Shown here: piece after piece, positions 13,353-26,844 of the stretch
How positions within the stretch are numbered: position 1 is the first letter of the stretch
How the letters are laid out: the number at the start of each line of letters is the position of its first letter
Assembly: GCA_010093815.1 (NCBI GenBank)
Contig: ML996582.1
From: Pseudovirgaria hyperparasitica
Taxonomy: Eukaryota
DNA length: 64,000 nt
Direction: 5' to 3' (one strand)
Position numbers and translations under genes: made by a program
The notes under the pieces: generated by a model
Seen by the model: only the letters and a program-made list of their open reading frames with translations
Told to the model about the DNA's origin: nothing
The model's database searches: none

Positions 13353-14161
13353 TTGACCCTAGAGTATCGCTATTGAATTAATATCGATGCAATTCTCCGA
13401 CATGACAAAATAACCTCCGGTCCTCTTCCGCCTGTCCGTGAGGTGCTTGCGAGACATTGGGCCAATCTATGAGAGCATTCGATCGACGATGTCCGCACAG
13501 AGTCTACCATGCGGCATTGACGTTTCATGGCGTGACGATTAAATTTCATTTTAACGCACTTGGATACAAAAGTTTATTCGTCCCTGCGACTAGAGACGAG
13601 ACCAGACAAGACTATCCGTTCATGGTCTTTTGCACGTGCTCCTCTTGCTTAGTGGAAGCTTGGTACCCAATAACCGTAGAGGTAATTCGACTTTTCATCA
13701 CTGATTGCGCGATCCACCGCACCGACGTAATCCTCACGCTTGGGGAGACGAAAATAATACTGTAATGCCTCATCTGAGACTGACACGCAACGACAGATAT
13801 CTTGTTGGTGCGAGTATATGGCCACCGCTCCTGCCCAAACACATGATATATCCATAAACAACAGAAGACACAACCATTGACACACAAATGCACATCCTGG
13901 ACTGACACAGACCTTTTCCTCGAACACAGACACTCGCACCGTCACACGAATTGCATCATGCTAAGCAAGATCGTGCTCAACACTGGCAACAAAACACCAT
14001 CCCTCTTCACCGCCCGGTAACACCTCCAGAACATGGAGATAGGCCGTCGAGAACAGAGAAACCGTCTACTTACCGCATCGCTCCGTCTTGCCCTCACAAA
14101 CATGCTGTCTACTGGGCTGACTCGACCACACGTGAAGAGTGTGTTTGCGATTGATCCTTCG

Positions 14162-15694
14162 ATGATGCCTAGGCAACGCGACCAGGCGACAGATACCCAT
14201 GGGTGGATTTCTTCTCTCCGTCGATATCTGACGCCAACGAGTATGAGCCAACCCAAGCGTCTGGTCTCGGGCCCGACGGCCTCCGCGGTTGTTGACTCCC
14301 AGGAAGATCAAGCTGCTTCTATGCCTGAGGATGCAAGCATGGAGCGTGTAACTGAGGACCTGCCACGTGAAATCAGCGTCCCGACAGCCTGTGCTTCGAC
14401 TATCCGGCCGCGGAAGACGCGAATGCCGCGCGTGGATTCTGGCACTGATTCAGGTAACATACTACAACCACGCTCCTCCAAAGACGAGAGTGAGCTCCCG
14501 TCGCAATCGCTTGAGGCAAGAGGAACGCTCTCGGATAGCACCACGCTCGTATCTCTCGACCTATCACCAGCGATAGCGCAAGTCATACAACCACTATACT
14601 CGACATTTACGTCGCCTACAACAGACTCGTCTTCCTTTCCTTCGGTTGCCTCGCCTTGCATTCGCATAGATTCGAACTTGTTGGAAGGCGTGGTATTGAA
14701 TGGCTCAAACTCACCGCAGATACTACAAAGTCCACAGGAATTGGCGGCAGATACCAATGGCACGGTCTTGAGACGCACAAGACGCACCAGGGCGTCAGAG
14801 CACCACCGAAGCAGTTCAGGGTCTCAGTCTCCTGCTCAACAAGTACCATCACTCCCAAGATCGGCATCGACAGACTTTCGTAGAGAAGGTGTCGACAATC
14901 TCAAGACATGGCTGCACCGACTTGCTGTGAATGGCGCCTTGGAATCTTCGCCATCCGTCAATCATACGGCAGCTCACACATTGCGTCGCATATCCACACG
15001 CTCCACCGCCCCAACCGCAGGCTCCTCGAGTCACGGCTCCATCTCCTCGCCCGCCACGCCCTCACAATACCTGCGCGAAACCTACCCACGCACACGTCTT
15101 ACACCCGGCCGTATAATATACAAAGCACCCGCGACGCCTAGCGTCGACGAGCAGGCTCGTCCCAAGCCGGGCGAGTTTCGTAGGAAGCCACGTCTACAGA
15201 GATGTGATTCGTTCGACTCGTTACTGACAGGGACTCCAGATGCTTACACATATGCCCTGCGCTCGCGCACGAGTCGGCGTCTGCGCGAGCTATTCGCGAA
15301 GGACGACGCGAATAGTCAAGAGGGGGACTACGAATCGACACCAGAGCAGAGGAGGGTGTCGGAAAGCACAGTTGACGCAGAGGGCGACGACGTGAGCGGG
15401 CGGTTCATGGCCGCGATGGCGACGCTGAGAAGCATGTATGGACAGGCGGATATGGCGAATAAGTCTCGGATTACAGACGACGTAGAGCGTATGTTGAAAG
15501 CGCTTGGGCCGAATAAGGCGAAGGCCGCTTCGGGCTCGGGCTCACGTTCACGTACCCAGTCAAACGGCCAGTCGGTGTCGAGGGGACGCTCGCCCCGACT
15601 GAAGAAGCAGAGCAGCGAGGTTAGCATTATCAAGGGGAAGCATGGCGACGAGAACTATTTCGGACAGGCGGTGCTTAGTCCTGCATTCATCTGA
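14162..15694 (+). CDS. Hypothetical Ser/Arg-rich, largely disordered protein; start uncertain (14033 or 14162)
   Basis: Open frame of more than 500 codons with no recognised domain. Confidence 0.6.
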   Translation: MMPRQRDQATDTHGWISSLRRYLTPTSMSQPKRLVSGPTASAVVDSQEDQAASMPEDASMERVTEDLPREISVPTACASTIRPRKTRMPRVDSGTDSGNILQPRSSKDESELPSQSLEARGTLSDSTTLVSLDLSPAIAQVIQPLYSTFTSPTTDSSSFPSVASPCIRIDSNLLEGVVLNGSNSPQILQSPQELAADTNGTVLRRTRRTRASEHHRSSSGSQSPAQQVPSLPRSASTDFRREGVDNLKTWLHRLAVNGALESSPSVNHTAAHTLRRISTRSTAPTAGSSSHGSISSPATPSQYLRETYPRTRLTPGRIIYKAPATPSVDEQARPKPGEFRRKPRLQRCDSFDSLLTGTPDAYTYALRSRTSRRLRELFAKDDANSQEGDYESTPEQRRVSESTVDAEGDDVSGRFMAAMATLRSMYGQADMANKSRITDDVERMLKALGPNKAKAASGSGSRSRTQSNGQSVSRGRSPRLKKQSSEVSIIKGKHGDENYFGQAVLSPAFI

Positions 15695-16698
15695 GGCGGC
15701 GTTGAACGCGGGCAGGCGGATACCCCAGCATTCTTTACAGAGGTGTAGTAATGGCGTTGTTTTCATTTGTTACTGATATCAAGATGCATTGTATAGACTG
15801 CTTCGGTGTGTTTGATAGAGCGATGAACACATGTCCGTGTACGGATAGATACCCGGGTATTGATAGAGGGTAGTAATGGTGTTTTTCATTTGTATTATCA
15901 TCAAGATTTGTTGTATAGACTGCTTCCAAGTGCTTGATAGATACATGAATAAACAAAGAACCATGTACATGGTAATGATTAGAGACTGAGACTATGATCC
16001 ATCCTTTCACGTGCAAGACACGTGGAGGCGGGGGAGCCCAGAACCGTCCGCCCGACACCTGCACGCACGATCCGGGTTTTTCGGTTCGCGCCGGGATCGG
16101 CACCGCTACATCAGCCACCTCGGATCATCACCCATCTCCTCCATGTCATGCCACTCGATCTTTCAATGCCATAAGTACGACTACCTACAGGACTCCCACA
16201 GGCAACATAATGCACAATACCCTCGTCAACCTCTCCACCACCGACCTCCTGCCTCCATAAGCAAGCATTGATCTCATTGATGTGCTGCGCTCGCCTAGGT
16301 GTACTGTGATCGAGCACTCCCCCCGAAACCCGCATTACTCAGCGTTGACCGAGCCGAGCTACTGTGGCTGGCATAGGTCGCCGACGGTCCGTTCGGCTGG
16401 AAGTTCTGCTTATAAAGGGCTGCTGAGAAATAGGCTGTGAATTGCGGATAAGACGAAGCGGCATACATACACATATACATACATATACGCGCACGAGGAA
16501 GAACAGGGTTGAAGACGACCACGACGGTGGGGTGTAAGAGGCTTGGGATACACGTATAGCGTACGGCATACGGCATACGGCATTCGACAGCATTCGCGAG
16601 AGACGAGGGACGAGTAGACGAGACAAGACGAGGGACGTGTATACATATACACACATCTACATACCACACCACAAAGCACATCCCTCCACCCAGCAACG

Positions 16699-17624
16699 AT
16701 GCCGCAACAAGACCCCCCAACACAGCCAAACGGCACTCACCCACCCACCACAACCACAACCACCTCCCCCCCAAAATTCGACTCCATCCCCGACGCAATC
16801 GCCGCATTCGGTACCCCTCTCCCCCTCCCTCCCTTCCCCCCTTCAAACCACCACCCCAAACTAACACCCCCAACCCAGCCGCAGGATCCTTCATAATCGT
16901 CCTCGACGCCCCCTCGCGCGAAAACGAAGGCGACCTCATCATCGCCGCCGCCCACCTCACAACCCGCAAAGCCGCCTTCCTCATCGCCCACACATCAGGC
17001 TATCTCTGCGCGCCCATGCCCACTTCGCGTGCTGACGCGTTGGACCTCCCGCTTATGGTCCCGGCGGAGGAGTCGCAGGATGTGCATCGCACGGCGTATA
17101 CGGTTAGTGTTGATGCTGTTGGTGCCGGGGTCGGTGGTGGGGATGGTGCTGCGGAGGACGGAGAAGGCAGAGGGAAAGGGAAAGGGGAAGCCAACAAGGA
17201 GAGTAACAACGAGGAATCAGGCATAGTAACAACAGGCATATCCGCCCACGACCGCGCCCTCACTTCCCGCACCCTTGCCCACCCCCTCGCTAAACCATCC
17301 CACCTCCGCCGCCCAGGCCACATCATCCCGCTGCGCGCCCGCGACGGCGGCGTTCGCACTCGCCGCGGCCACACCGAGGCAACGGTTGAGTTCTGTCGTC
17401 TGGCCGGTATTGAGCCCGCTGTCGGGGTTATCGGGGAGTTGGTTACGGACGGAGGGGTGGTGGAGGGGGTGGCGGAGAGGGAAGGCGGTGGGATGATGAG
17501 AAGGGATGAGTGTTTGGCGTTTGGAAGGAGGTTTGGGATTCGGGTGGTTACGATTGGGGATCTTGTGGAGTGGGTGGAGGCGAGGGAGGGGGTGCTTGGG
17601 GATGGGGAGGGGGGGGATTACTGA
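16699..17624 (+). CDS. RIB3: 3,4-dihydroxy-2-butanone 4-phosphate synthase (riboflavin biosynthesis)
   Basis: ATG 16699; intron 16811-16878 (GTACCC..CTAAC..CAG). Motifs FDSIPDAIAAF, VLDAPSRENEGDLI, TAYTVSVDA, TTGISAHDR, RPGHIIPLRA, RRGHTEA. Confidence 0.95.
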
Positions 17625-17881
17625 GGATGGTATTAGGGATTTTGGGAGGGCATGGTGGGTTGGAGGTTTAAGTTTAAGTTAAAAGGAAGGAAAAGGAAAA
17701 GAAATGGAAAGCAAAGTAAAGCAATAAAAGCATTCATCACTGCGTTACCAGCCAGCCTAGCTACGCCCACTCCCATCTTCTCTCGACGCAACTCCTGCTC
17801 CCCTTTTTCGTAATTCATTCCCCAGTCCTTCCACAAGTCCATCCACAAGTCCACCCATCCACCAACCCACCACTCATCAAC

Positions 17882-19973
17882 CTACGCAACGCCCAACCCC
17901 GCAAGCACCAAAAGCGCAACATTCATAACCACAACCACACCCCAAATCACCAACGCACACCCCGCCGTAACCCACCCATTCCGCATCTGCACCACCTCTC
18001 CATCCCCCTCTCCCTCTCCAACCCCATCCACACCCTCACCACCACCACCACCCCGAACCCCAACCCGCATAACCCCCGCACAACACGTAAACCAAATCAA
18101 CGGCGCACTAACCACCGGCAGTATAACCGAAAGCGCCACCTGCGACGCCTCCAACGCCCTCGACAACCCGTCCCTGCCCACCGCCCCAGCAATAACAATA
18201 CTCGGCACAATGCTAATCGAGCGCGTAATCAGGCGGCGGAGCCAGGGCTTGACATGCCAGTTCAACTGGCCCTCGCTGACCATCTGCCCGGCGATAGTGC
18301 AGACGATGCCGGCGGAGGTGCCGCTGAGGAGGAGGGCGAGCATGAAGATAGTGCCTGCGGCGGGGGCGAGGGAGGAGGAGAGGAGGGCGTGGATGGCGAA
18401 GAGGTCTGCGGATTCGGCGTCGGAGGGGGAGGAGGGATTGGAGGAGGGGTTGTAGAGGGAGGAGCCGGCGACGATGAGGATGGCGGAGTTGACGAAGAGG
18501 GCGAAGGTGAAGAGGGAGATTGCGAGTTCGGCGATGGAGTATTTCATGCAGGATTGGATTGCGGAGAGGGAGGGGCGGTATTTTTCGGGGGGGAGGGTGG
18601 AGGAGGTTGTGGAGGCGGTGTCGTCGTCGTGGAGGGTTGTGTTTGGGGGGATGAGTCCGGCGGCTAGGTCGAATTCGCGGAGGCGTGGCTGGACGATGCC
18701 GGAGCCGAGATAGAGTGAGTGTGGCATCACCGTTGCGCCGAGGATGCCGCAGGATTGGTAGAGGCTGCTGCATTGTGGTTAGAACTGTTGCTGCTGCAAA
18801 AGAAGTTCGAGACGACGTACCCCTTGGACTGCACAATCGCGGACGAGGGCAGGTATCCGCGAAACACGTCGCCGACAGACGTGTTCTTGATGTAGGACAG
18901 CTGGATGATGAAGCAGACGACGACGCCCAGCACGAGCAGCGCCACGAAGCCCTCAAAGTAGCGCAGGCCGCGCATGGAGCCGGACGGGCGGTAGAAGAAG
19001 AGGATGATCATGACGTCGATGATGGAGATTGCACAGCCGGCCACGAGCGGCACCTTGATGAGCACGTTGAGCGCGATGGCGAAGCCGATGACCTGGTTCA
19101 GGGGGAAATCAGCATACTTGCTTGCTTTGGATTGGGGGGCTTGGGGAAAGGAGCATGCATACCTCCGCGATGTCGGTGGCGATGATGGCAGACTCGGCGA
19201 AGAAGTAGAGCACGTAGTTGAGCCATCGGGGCAGATGAGCCTTGCAGTTTTCAGCGAGATTCATGCCCGTGACGGTGCCCAGCTTGATGCACAGCGACTG
19301 CAGGAAGATGGCGAAGATGTTGGACATCAGGATGATGAACAGCAGTCTGTAGCGATACGTTGCACCCGCAGCCACGTCCGTCGCATAGTTGCCTACAACA
19401 ACAACATATATCAGCATTCAGAACATTTTCACTCCTGGCCGGCAGTCCACACGACTCGACTCGACTCGACATACCAGGATCAATATACGCCACAGCAACC
19501 ATAAACCCCGGCCCCACAAAGTTCGCATACTTTGCCAGAACCGCCTTTGCACGCGTGAATGCATTTCCAGCTCCACGCTTGAGCAAGAAGCCCCGACTGG
19601 CGGCCATACTCGCTCGACGTCTGCGCGCCGCCTCTCTTCCTCCTCCTACACTCGAGGCGCTCGCCACCCGCTGGATGTCGACGACGCTACTGACATCCTT
19701 CCCCCCCTCTCCCCCGACGGCCCGACCAACGGACCGCCGCATGCTGAGTCCCGCACTCGGTCCTGCGCTGCCTTGTTCGATTATGTGACTTGTATCTCGG
19801 TTGTCGGACGACGGCCCGGCGTTGGCGTTGGCGTCGTCGTCGTCGCGGCGGAGAGTGCGCTGGTTGGCGCGGCCGTTGAAGTCTTCCCGGGTGGTGAGGT
19901 CGGCGGCGAAGGCAGACGGGTTCTGGTTCCAGCCCTCGTGCGGGTCTGGGTCTACGCGCGAGGGGCAATTCAT
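17882..19973 (-). CDS. SMF1: NRAMP-family divalent metal (Mn/Fe) transporter, Smf1/Smf2-like
   Basis: Exons 19973-19475, 19392-19163, 19092-18821 and 18764-17882. Motifs VAVAYIDPGNYATD, IIATDIAEVIG, ILGATVMPHSLYLGS, CTIAGQMVSEG. Confidence 0.93.
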
Positions 19974-22195
19974 GGTGGTGGTGGTGGTGGTGGTGGTGTT
20001 TCGGTCGTCAGTTAGACTTTGGCGGAGGCGGTGTGTGGAGGAGGACGTCTGCGCAGTCGAGATGTGTGAATGGTAGGTAGGTAGGTAGGTAAACGAAGCA
20101 GGATATCAGGACGTATAGGTAGTGCGCGTGAGAGAATTGAAAAATATTATAGATTCGTGGTAGCGGGCACAATTAGTAGTAGTCGTAGTCGTAGCAGTAG
20201 TAGTAGTGTGCGGCCGAGGTCTGCGGCGGAGGGGGACAAGATTCACACCTCAGCAGCCAGCAAGCAAGCAGCTCGCGAGATATCGGAATGCCAGTATTAG
20301 TACCTGTACCGGGCAGAGAGCACACTGCAGTAGTAAGTCAGCGCTAGACTCTTCAAATTCACTCCATCACCGACATCTCGACCACTTACAGATCATCAGT
20401 CGAAGGTACCTTGTTGGCCTCTAATTATCAGACGTGACTGTGACTGTGATGGACGGGCGGTGGGGATGAAGTACATACAGTACTCAGCTTGATCCAATCC
20501 ATCCATTCCCCAGAGTTCCAGACACCACCGCCCAAGAGCCACAGCCAGTCGGACATCTAGACATGCATGCATACATACATTACACTCCACTCACTCCACC
20601 ACTCCTCTTTTCTCCCGAATTGTCCTCGTCGACGTCAGACCCCATATTTCTTTCTCGTTGCCTGCGGAGCAGAGCAGAGCCGGGCAGACTAGTTAGTAGT
20701 AGTAGTAGTCGTATTCAAGGGACTACATGACCCGCACAGAAACCCTACACAAAACACACAAACACATATATATCTATACAGCAGATAAGCGGTGAGACGT
20801 CAATACATAAGATGACGTTAGTTGAGGTCGTGCAAAACCGTTTAGGATCGAATGCTTGGTCTCAGCCTCCTCCTCCCCCCCTCTATCTCTATCTCTCCAT
20901 CCATCCACCTCTATCCATCGATACGCTACACTATACCACGCTACCAATCGGGGAAATCGGGATATATGTATGTGTATATATGTACATTGCATGACATGAC
21001 ATAGCATCGCATAACACCGCATGGCATGGCACTGCATACAGAGAGCATGGGCATACTTCCGGCCGGGTCGATGATAGGAGAATTACTTACTTGCTTGCTT
21101 ACCCGACTACTGACTCACTACTGACCTCACTACTGACACTACCAACTACTGCCTCCAGCAATACACTACAAGGGCATTCAATCTCACAGATCACATTTCT
21201 AGCACCCGTAATACTGCGTGCGCTCTACTAGCCAGCTTCAACAGCAGTAGCTAAAACGCTAGAAGTCGTACCACGTGTGATATATATCCAGCAAGTGAGT
21301 GTGAAGCACACAGGCTCTCCGAGCATGAAACAAAGCTCCGAGTCAAGCTTTCCAGACCAGACCAGACCAGACTAGACAAGTCCAGGCTAGTCCAGACAAA
21401 GCCTACCGTCAACATACAAGAACAACAACAACAACATGTATTTCTCACATCATCTCTCTGTAGAAAGTACGTACTGATTGATTGATTGTTTGTTTGTTGA
21501 TCGTCCGAACAAAATGCTCCTTTGCTACGCCGAATAAAATAAAATAAAAACAACAACCACCGGGCGCGGGCAGGCGGACGACCCATCAAGACTGTGTCGC
21601 CCCCCCTCGAAACAACCCATGGTCCCCAAGACATGCTTTACTCCTTGCTACGCCAATGTGTATATGATTGTTCAGCGAGGAGGGGGAGGGGGTATTTCGT
21701 CAACCTCATAACAGCCCGCTATAAGCTACTGCTCGTCCTCTCTCTCTCTCTGTGTCTCACTCTCTCTGTCTCTCTCGCTCTCTGTTTGCCGAGCGCTATA
21801 TAGCACCGACAAGACTTCATCTAGAAGTGTTACGTGCGTGCAGTGGGAGGAAATTTACGCTACATTGATATACTCAATATGAAAACATCGTAGCTGATAT
21901 CGCCGTCACAATGATTCTTTTCTTCTTCTTAGGTATCCGAGCATGCTTTTTTTGTTTTCATTCGACAAAGTTGGTGTGGTGCCGTAGATGATAAAATATA
22001 TATCGAACTGTCGTGGAAACGGCGCGAGCGAGGCTGTCGGCATCTAGCGGTCCCTGCCGTCGTGGTGCCGTGGTGCCGTGATGTGGTCACCCGGGCGGTG
22101 GGCCTGAATAGCAAGGCAAGGCCTTGCCAGGCTTTTACACGTGAGCAAGATCGCCATCGGTCAAAAGGGACATTGTCATGCGCTCCGTAAGGTCA

Positions 22196-25100
22196 TTATT
22201 GGCAGAAAAGGTCAATCTCGGGTGACTGCCCTGCCATTATTTGTGCCTGCTGATGCTGCTCCCGCCACGTCTCAAATGCTGTCTGTACGTCCTCGTCACA
22301 GTGTATGCTGACGTAATCGCCATCGTCCAGGAACTTGAGCGTGACGTCGCCAGACGTAAGAGATAGTTTGGTAGATCTCTGGAGCTTCGCATCGATACGG
22401 TCTTTTAGTGATTGGAAAGTGATGTTGGTAAATGCAACCAGTGTCAGGCTCGTGCCACCGGGACAGTGAACCTTGACCTTGAGAGAGATGGGGGCGTCAT
22501 CCAAGGGCTGAGGCGTCGGTGTCGGCATCGGTGGTGGTGGAGTTGATCCGTGAGAGAAGCCCGTCGTCCCCGGCCCCATACCTGGTCCTCGTCCAAAGGG
22601 CATCCCAGGACCAGCGCGCGCTGTTGTCATACCAGGCGATTGTGTCCTGGCAGGATTCGAAGGATGACTGGTAGGCTGGTTCGGTGAATTGCTTTGGCTC
22701 CGGTTGATCATGAGTTGACGTTGATAGTGCTCGTGTGTGGGAAACGGTGGTACCGGTGGTGCTTGCTCAATGGGGCGTCGAGCAGCATTCTGGATGTCGG
22801 GGCTACTAGCTGATCGGAACCTCGCCTGCTGTGATTGTGTGACTGGCAGTGAAGGTCTATTCTGCATGTTACTGCGTGCTTCTCGAGCCATGCCACCCGG
22901 CGCTGGGGCAGTGTATCGATTGTGCTCTGTATAGTAACCACCTCCAGGTGTCCCCTGACGAGGAAACGGGAACATTCCTGCAGAGGACGAACTGGTGCGT
23001 GATGACGCAGGCGTCTCTGCGACTGGTGAAAAGTACGAGTCCTGTGCCACTGCTGCGGCGGCTGCTGATGCTGCCGCATTCTGGAGTTGTTGCGTCCGCA
23101 GTGTCAGAGACGGCTGCTGAGTGGGGATCGGATTCGGGAACCTCGCTGGGGGAAGTCGGGGGTCCGCAGATCCCATAGGAGGTCCACTTTCGCCAGTCGT
23201 AGATCGAGAACGAAGACTGGTGCTGGACCCGTTGCGACTCATCGAGTATTCTGACTGTGGGAAAGAGCTTTCTGGTTCTTCGTCTTCGTCGTCATCATCA
23301 TCGTCGTTCTGTTGGTAGGGGTTTTCCATCTGATGATCTCTCATGTATGTGAATTCTGTCGCTGATATCGCTGCTGGCACTGCCCGAGGATTGCTATTCC
23401 GCGCATAATCACGCCAGAGCCTTCTCTGTTTGTCGACCTGGGCTGCCCATTTCTTCATCTGCTCCTCGGTCGAGAATCTGACAACAAAGTTTTCAATGCC
23501 AGGATCGCCTTTCCAAAAAATCTGACAAGTGTACGAGCCTGAGAAAATTGTTAATCGATTGAGTCGACTTGTAAAACGTTAGGACTTACCTGGCTTCCCA
23601 ATCGATATCGTCTCCGTTACGTTTTGCATGAAAATGCGGCCCTTCAACTGAAGCTTCCCTTTCCCTTTCCGGTCTATCGTGCTGCGGTTGTTCATGATAT
23701 TCTTTTGCTGCTTCGGCTTTATCTCCTTACAGCAGAGCAGGATTAGTTCGAAAAGATAGACTCGATACTGCGCGAGGGTCAGGTCCACGTTGAGCGAAGA
23801 ATATGGTTTCCTGCGGCTACTACTTACCTCTCGTTCGCCGTCTTTCGAATTGATACTGTCTCCTTTCAATACAGTGTGAGTGCCATGGAGCAAGAGCTCG
23901 CCAAAGACTTCGATCTTGTGGCCTTTCCAGTCCTCGACCAGTCTCTTCAGCTCTTCCACGGCTTCCTTGCGCTCCTCGTAGTCTATGGCCTCGTTGGTGG
24001 CCTGCAGTACAGTCTCGGCAGCTTCGATACCATTAGTGATTTCTGCTTTCCTTGCGTCGTCCATATCGCCCTTGTTACGGAGTTCTCGGAGGAGCAGAGG
24101 GTACTTTGACAGTCTCTGGAATGGCTTGAGCAGAAAAGCTGTTAGATTTGTGGGGGATTCGGCAATCTGTCGCAGCTCTGGTGGACCTCCAGCCTCTCGC
24201 AGTTTGTCATATTCCTTCATCGCGACTTCTTCGCATCTTTTCTGGTTGGCGATATAAGGCTCATACACTCGAAATGCGTCCTTGTACAGTACGAACAATC
24301 TGCCCCAGTTCTGATCGGCTGGAGGCATGGCATTGGTCTGCTCCACACGGATCAGAAATCGGCGCTGAAAATCAAGAAGTGCATTCAGGTTTAAGAATAT
24401 GTCGTGAATAGCATCGCCGGTAATCACACCACGTTCTTCGACCAGTGTTCTGAAAGCCTGAAGTAGTTCCAGATGTTGCACATACGTGCGCTCAGTCTTG
24501 ACCAGCTCGTCAATAATGTGCTCTCTCTGTGTGCGCTTCGCCGTCAACGGCGCATTTCCATCGTCTCCTATCGCTTCAGGTGGCAATATTATACCCTTTT
24601 GCTCAAGGACGTCCAAGACCTTGTTGACAACTCTTACAACCTTGACGAAGCCTGTGGTATCGTCACCATATAGATCTGCGATTATGAACCGGTCTTCCAA
24701 GCCAAACTTTAACTCTGTGATACAGGCAGTCACGAATTTGGAGGTCGCGGCGTGTGGTCTTCTCGCCGGGTTTGGGACTTTGACAGGATCTATCTCGAGG
24801 CGCACAGCGGGGTTCATGGCGTTGTATATTTCCATCAGCGGATAGCCCTTTCTGTACGTCCTCCATAACAGCGTCGCAGGGTCAGTGTCATCGTCAGCGC
24901 TGCTTTCTTCGGCCAAGAGGATCTCCTCGATCCCAGGAACAGTTGCGAGCCGCTGCCTCTGGGTCAGACACATCTGGAAGAGCGATAGCTCCTTGTCCCC
25001 CCTTTTGTTGAGAACATTATTGGCAGCCTCGACAGGACCGCCATTGTTCACCAAGGTGGCAGATGAGGAGGCGGGGGAGACGAGAGTGGTGGCAGAAGCG

Positions 25101-25312
25101 GCGGTGTCTCTAGAGCGAGTGGTCGAGGTGGACTGGATGGAGGAGTGCGAGTTGAAGGAGGTTTGGCTAACGTGAGACTGATTCTGCATGATGGACGGAG
25201 GAGCGCTGCCAGCAGAATTCAGGCGCGAATGAACAGATGGAGGAGCGGTGTGTGTTCGAGACAAAGGCCCATATGTCGCCACCTCCATGCCCAGCATAGG
25301 AGTACTCAGCAT
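22196..25312 (-). CDS. CDC24: Cdc42 guanine nucleotide exchange factor (CH, DH, PH and PB1 domains)
   Basis: Likely ATG 25312; introns 23827-23768 and 23589-23539. CH motif DLYGDDTTGFVKV; DH motifs ELVKTERTYVQHLE and FLLKPFQRLSKYPLLL; PH region FGELLL..LFELILLCCKE; PB1 motif LKVKV..DDGDYVSIHCDEDVQTAF. Confidence 0.95.
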
Positions 25313-26328
25313 AGCAGGAGGGAGATTGACAAGGCCAGCGCTCGCAGACCTGCGCGTGACGAGCAAATATGCTCTCACGAACTCTTATCGGCGTCGCAGG
25401 CCAGGTCGTAGGGGAGATGAGCCTCGGAGATGGATTGAGAGGTGACCCTGGAGAGCTAAAAGAGGGGTGAGGACTGAAGGGGTCGATGGAGCCAGGGTGG
25501 CAGGCAAGACGCGGCGACTTTGGGGGAGATGTCCGGCGGACAATGGTACGCAACGCAGTGGAGGAGCGGTATAGAAGTGTAGAAGAGTAGTGGAAGGGGG
25601 AGAGAGAGTGTGTGTGTATCAGTAAGATGATGGAATAGGGTAAGGTAGGGCAGAGAGAGAGAGGTGTGTGATATGTAATGTACTGTACTGTAGTCTGTAG
25701 GTCGAAACGGGGCTGCAGGAAGGGAGACGAGCCGGGTCAGTCGCTTCTTCTTGGGCTGTGGGTGCAGCAAGTGGAGAGGCGGCGGTTTTGGCTGCGGGCG
25801 GCGGGCTGTGGGCTGTGGGCTGCTAATACTGTAGGCTGTCTACTAGCTACTGGCTGCTGGCTAAAAGCTGGCTAATTAATCCCTAATTAATGAATCACTG
25901 TTAGAGGAGGGCCCTGGCTGAACAGAGTGTTGGGGGGCAGACAGACGACAGACTTGTCTCTAATTGGGTGTTTCACCCCAGTCGACAGCACGACGGTGAT
26001 TGGCTGGTCTCCGAACCTAGAACTGCTTTAGATGCTTTAGAAACAGCGGAGACTGTGTGCTGTAACTTGTAACTTGTGGGATTCGCGCCAGAAAGTTATA
26101 TATGATTGCCGCCGACGCCGCATTCAGGGTTGTGGTGCCTGATGGCCTTGATGCCTTGGTGTCTTGATGTCTTGGTGCCTCGCTACCTGATGGCCTGACA
26201 GCCTTAGGCATCCTGGCACCCTGAGGGCTGCGTTTCTGTGGTCACGATGGATGATGACTGACTGCCCACACTGTCCAACTCGTGTAGTGGAGGTATATAT
26301 CTCGTATCATCACTAATGGATTACACCC

Positions 26329-26329
<1 letters not shown>

Positions 26330-26361
<32 letters not shown>
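26330..26361 (+). repeat. (CAA)10 microsatellite in the CDC24/FWD-1 divergent intergenic region
   Basis: Read directly from the sequence. Confidence 0.9.
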
Positions 26362-26844
26362 CGCTGACTTCCTCGCCCTTTTTCACGCTGCGTTCTGTAT
26401 TGTCCTTTTAGCCTTCCTCTCTCGTTGCGTTGTTTGCTTCCCATAATCTCTCCGAAGCCTCGTCATCCGCCACCCGATAGCCTACAGCCGACAGCCCACC
26501 CATAGTCGACCCAACGTCTTGTTTGTATTGCGTCGTTGGGGGCGATCGTGACGGTTCAGGCGGCGGTGAGCCTCTATACCCATCCTCCCGGACCCCTCAC
26601 GACTTCACAGACGACTGAGCGGACTGGGCACTTAGCATTACCCGGCGTACCCATCGACTGTGTGCTACGTCGTACATATCAAGCGCGACCATCATACAAG
26701 CCGATTTCTCCGCTCTCTCCAGCTTTCGTCCGATACTGATCCACCCACCAGCCATACTGGCCAGACTGTCAAGTCTTGTGACGCTTCCATCGTTGCTTTA
26801 CAAGCAAGCAAACAAACTATTCCACTGGTATTCGACACACCACC

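Noticed and set aside
14435..14452. DSGTDS beta-TrCP degron in the hypothetical protein, near fwd-1
   Set aside because: Such a short motif is expected by chance in a Ser-rich protein, and linkage implies nothing.
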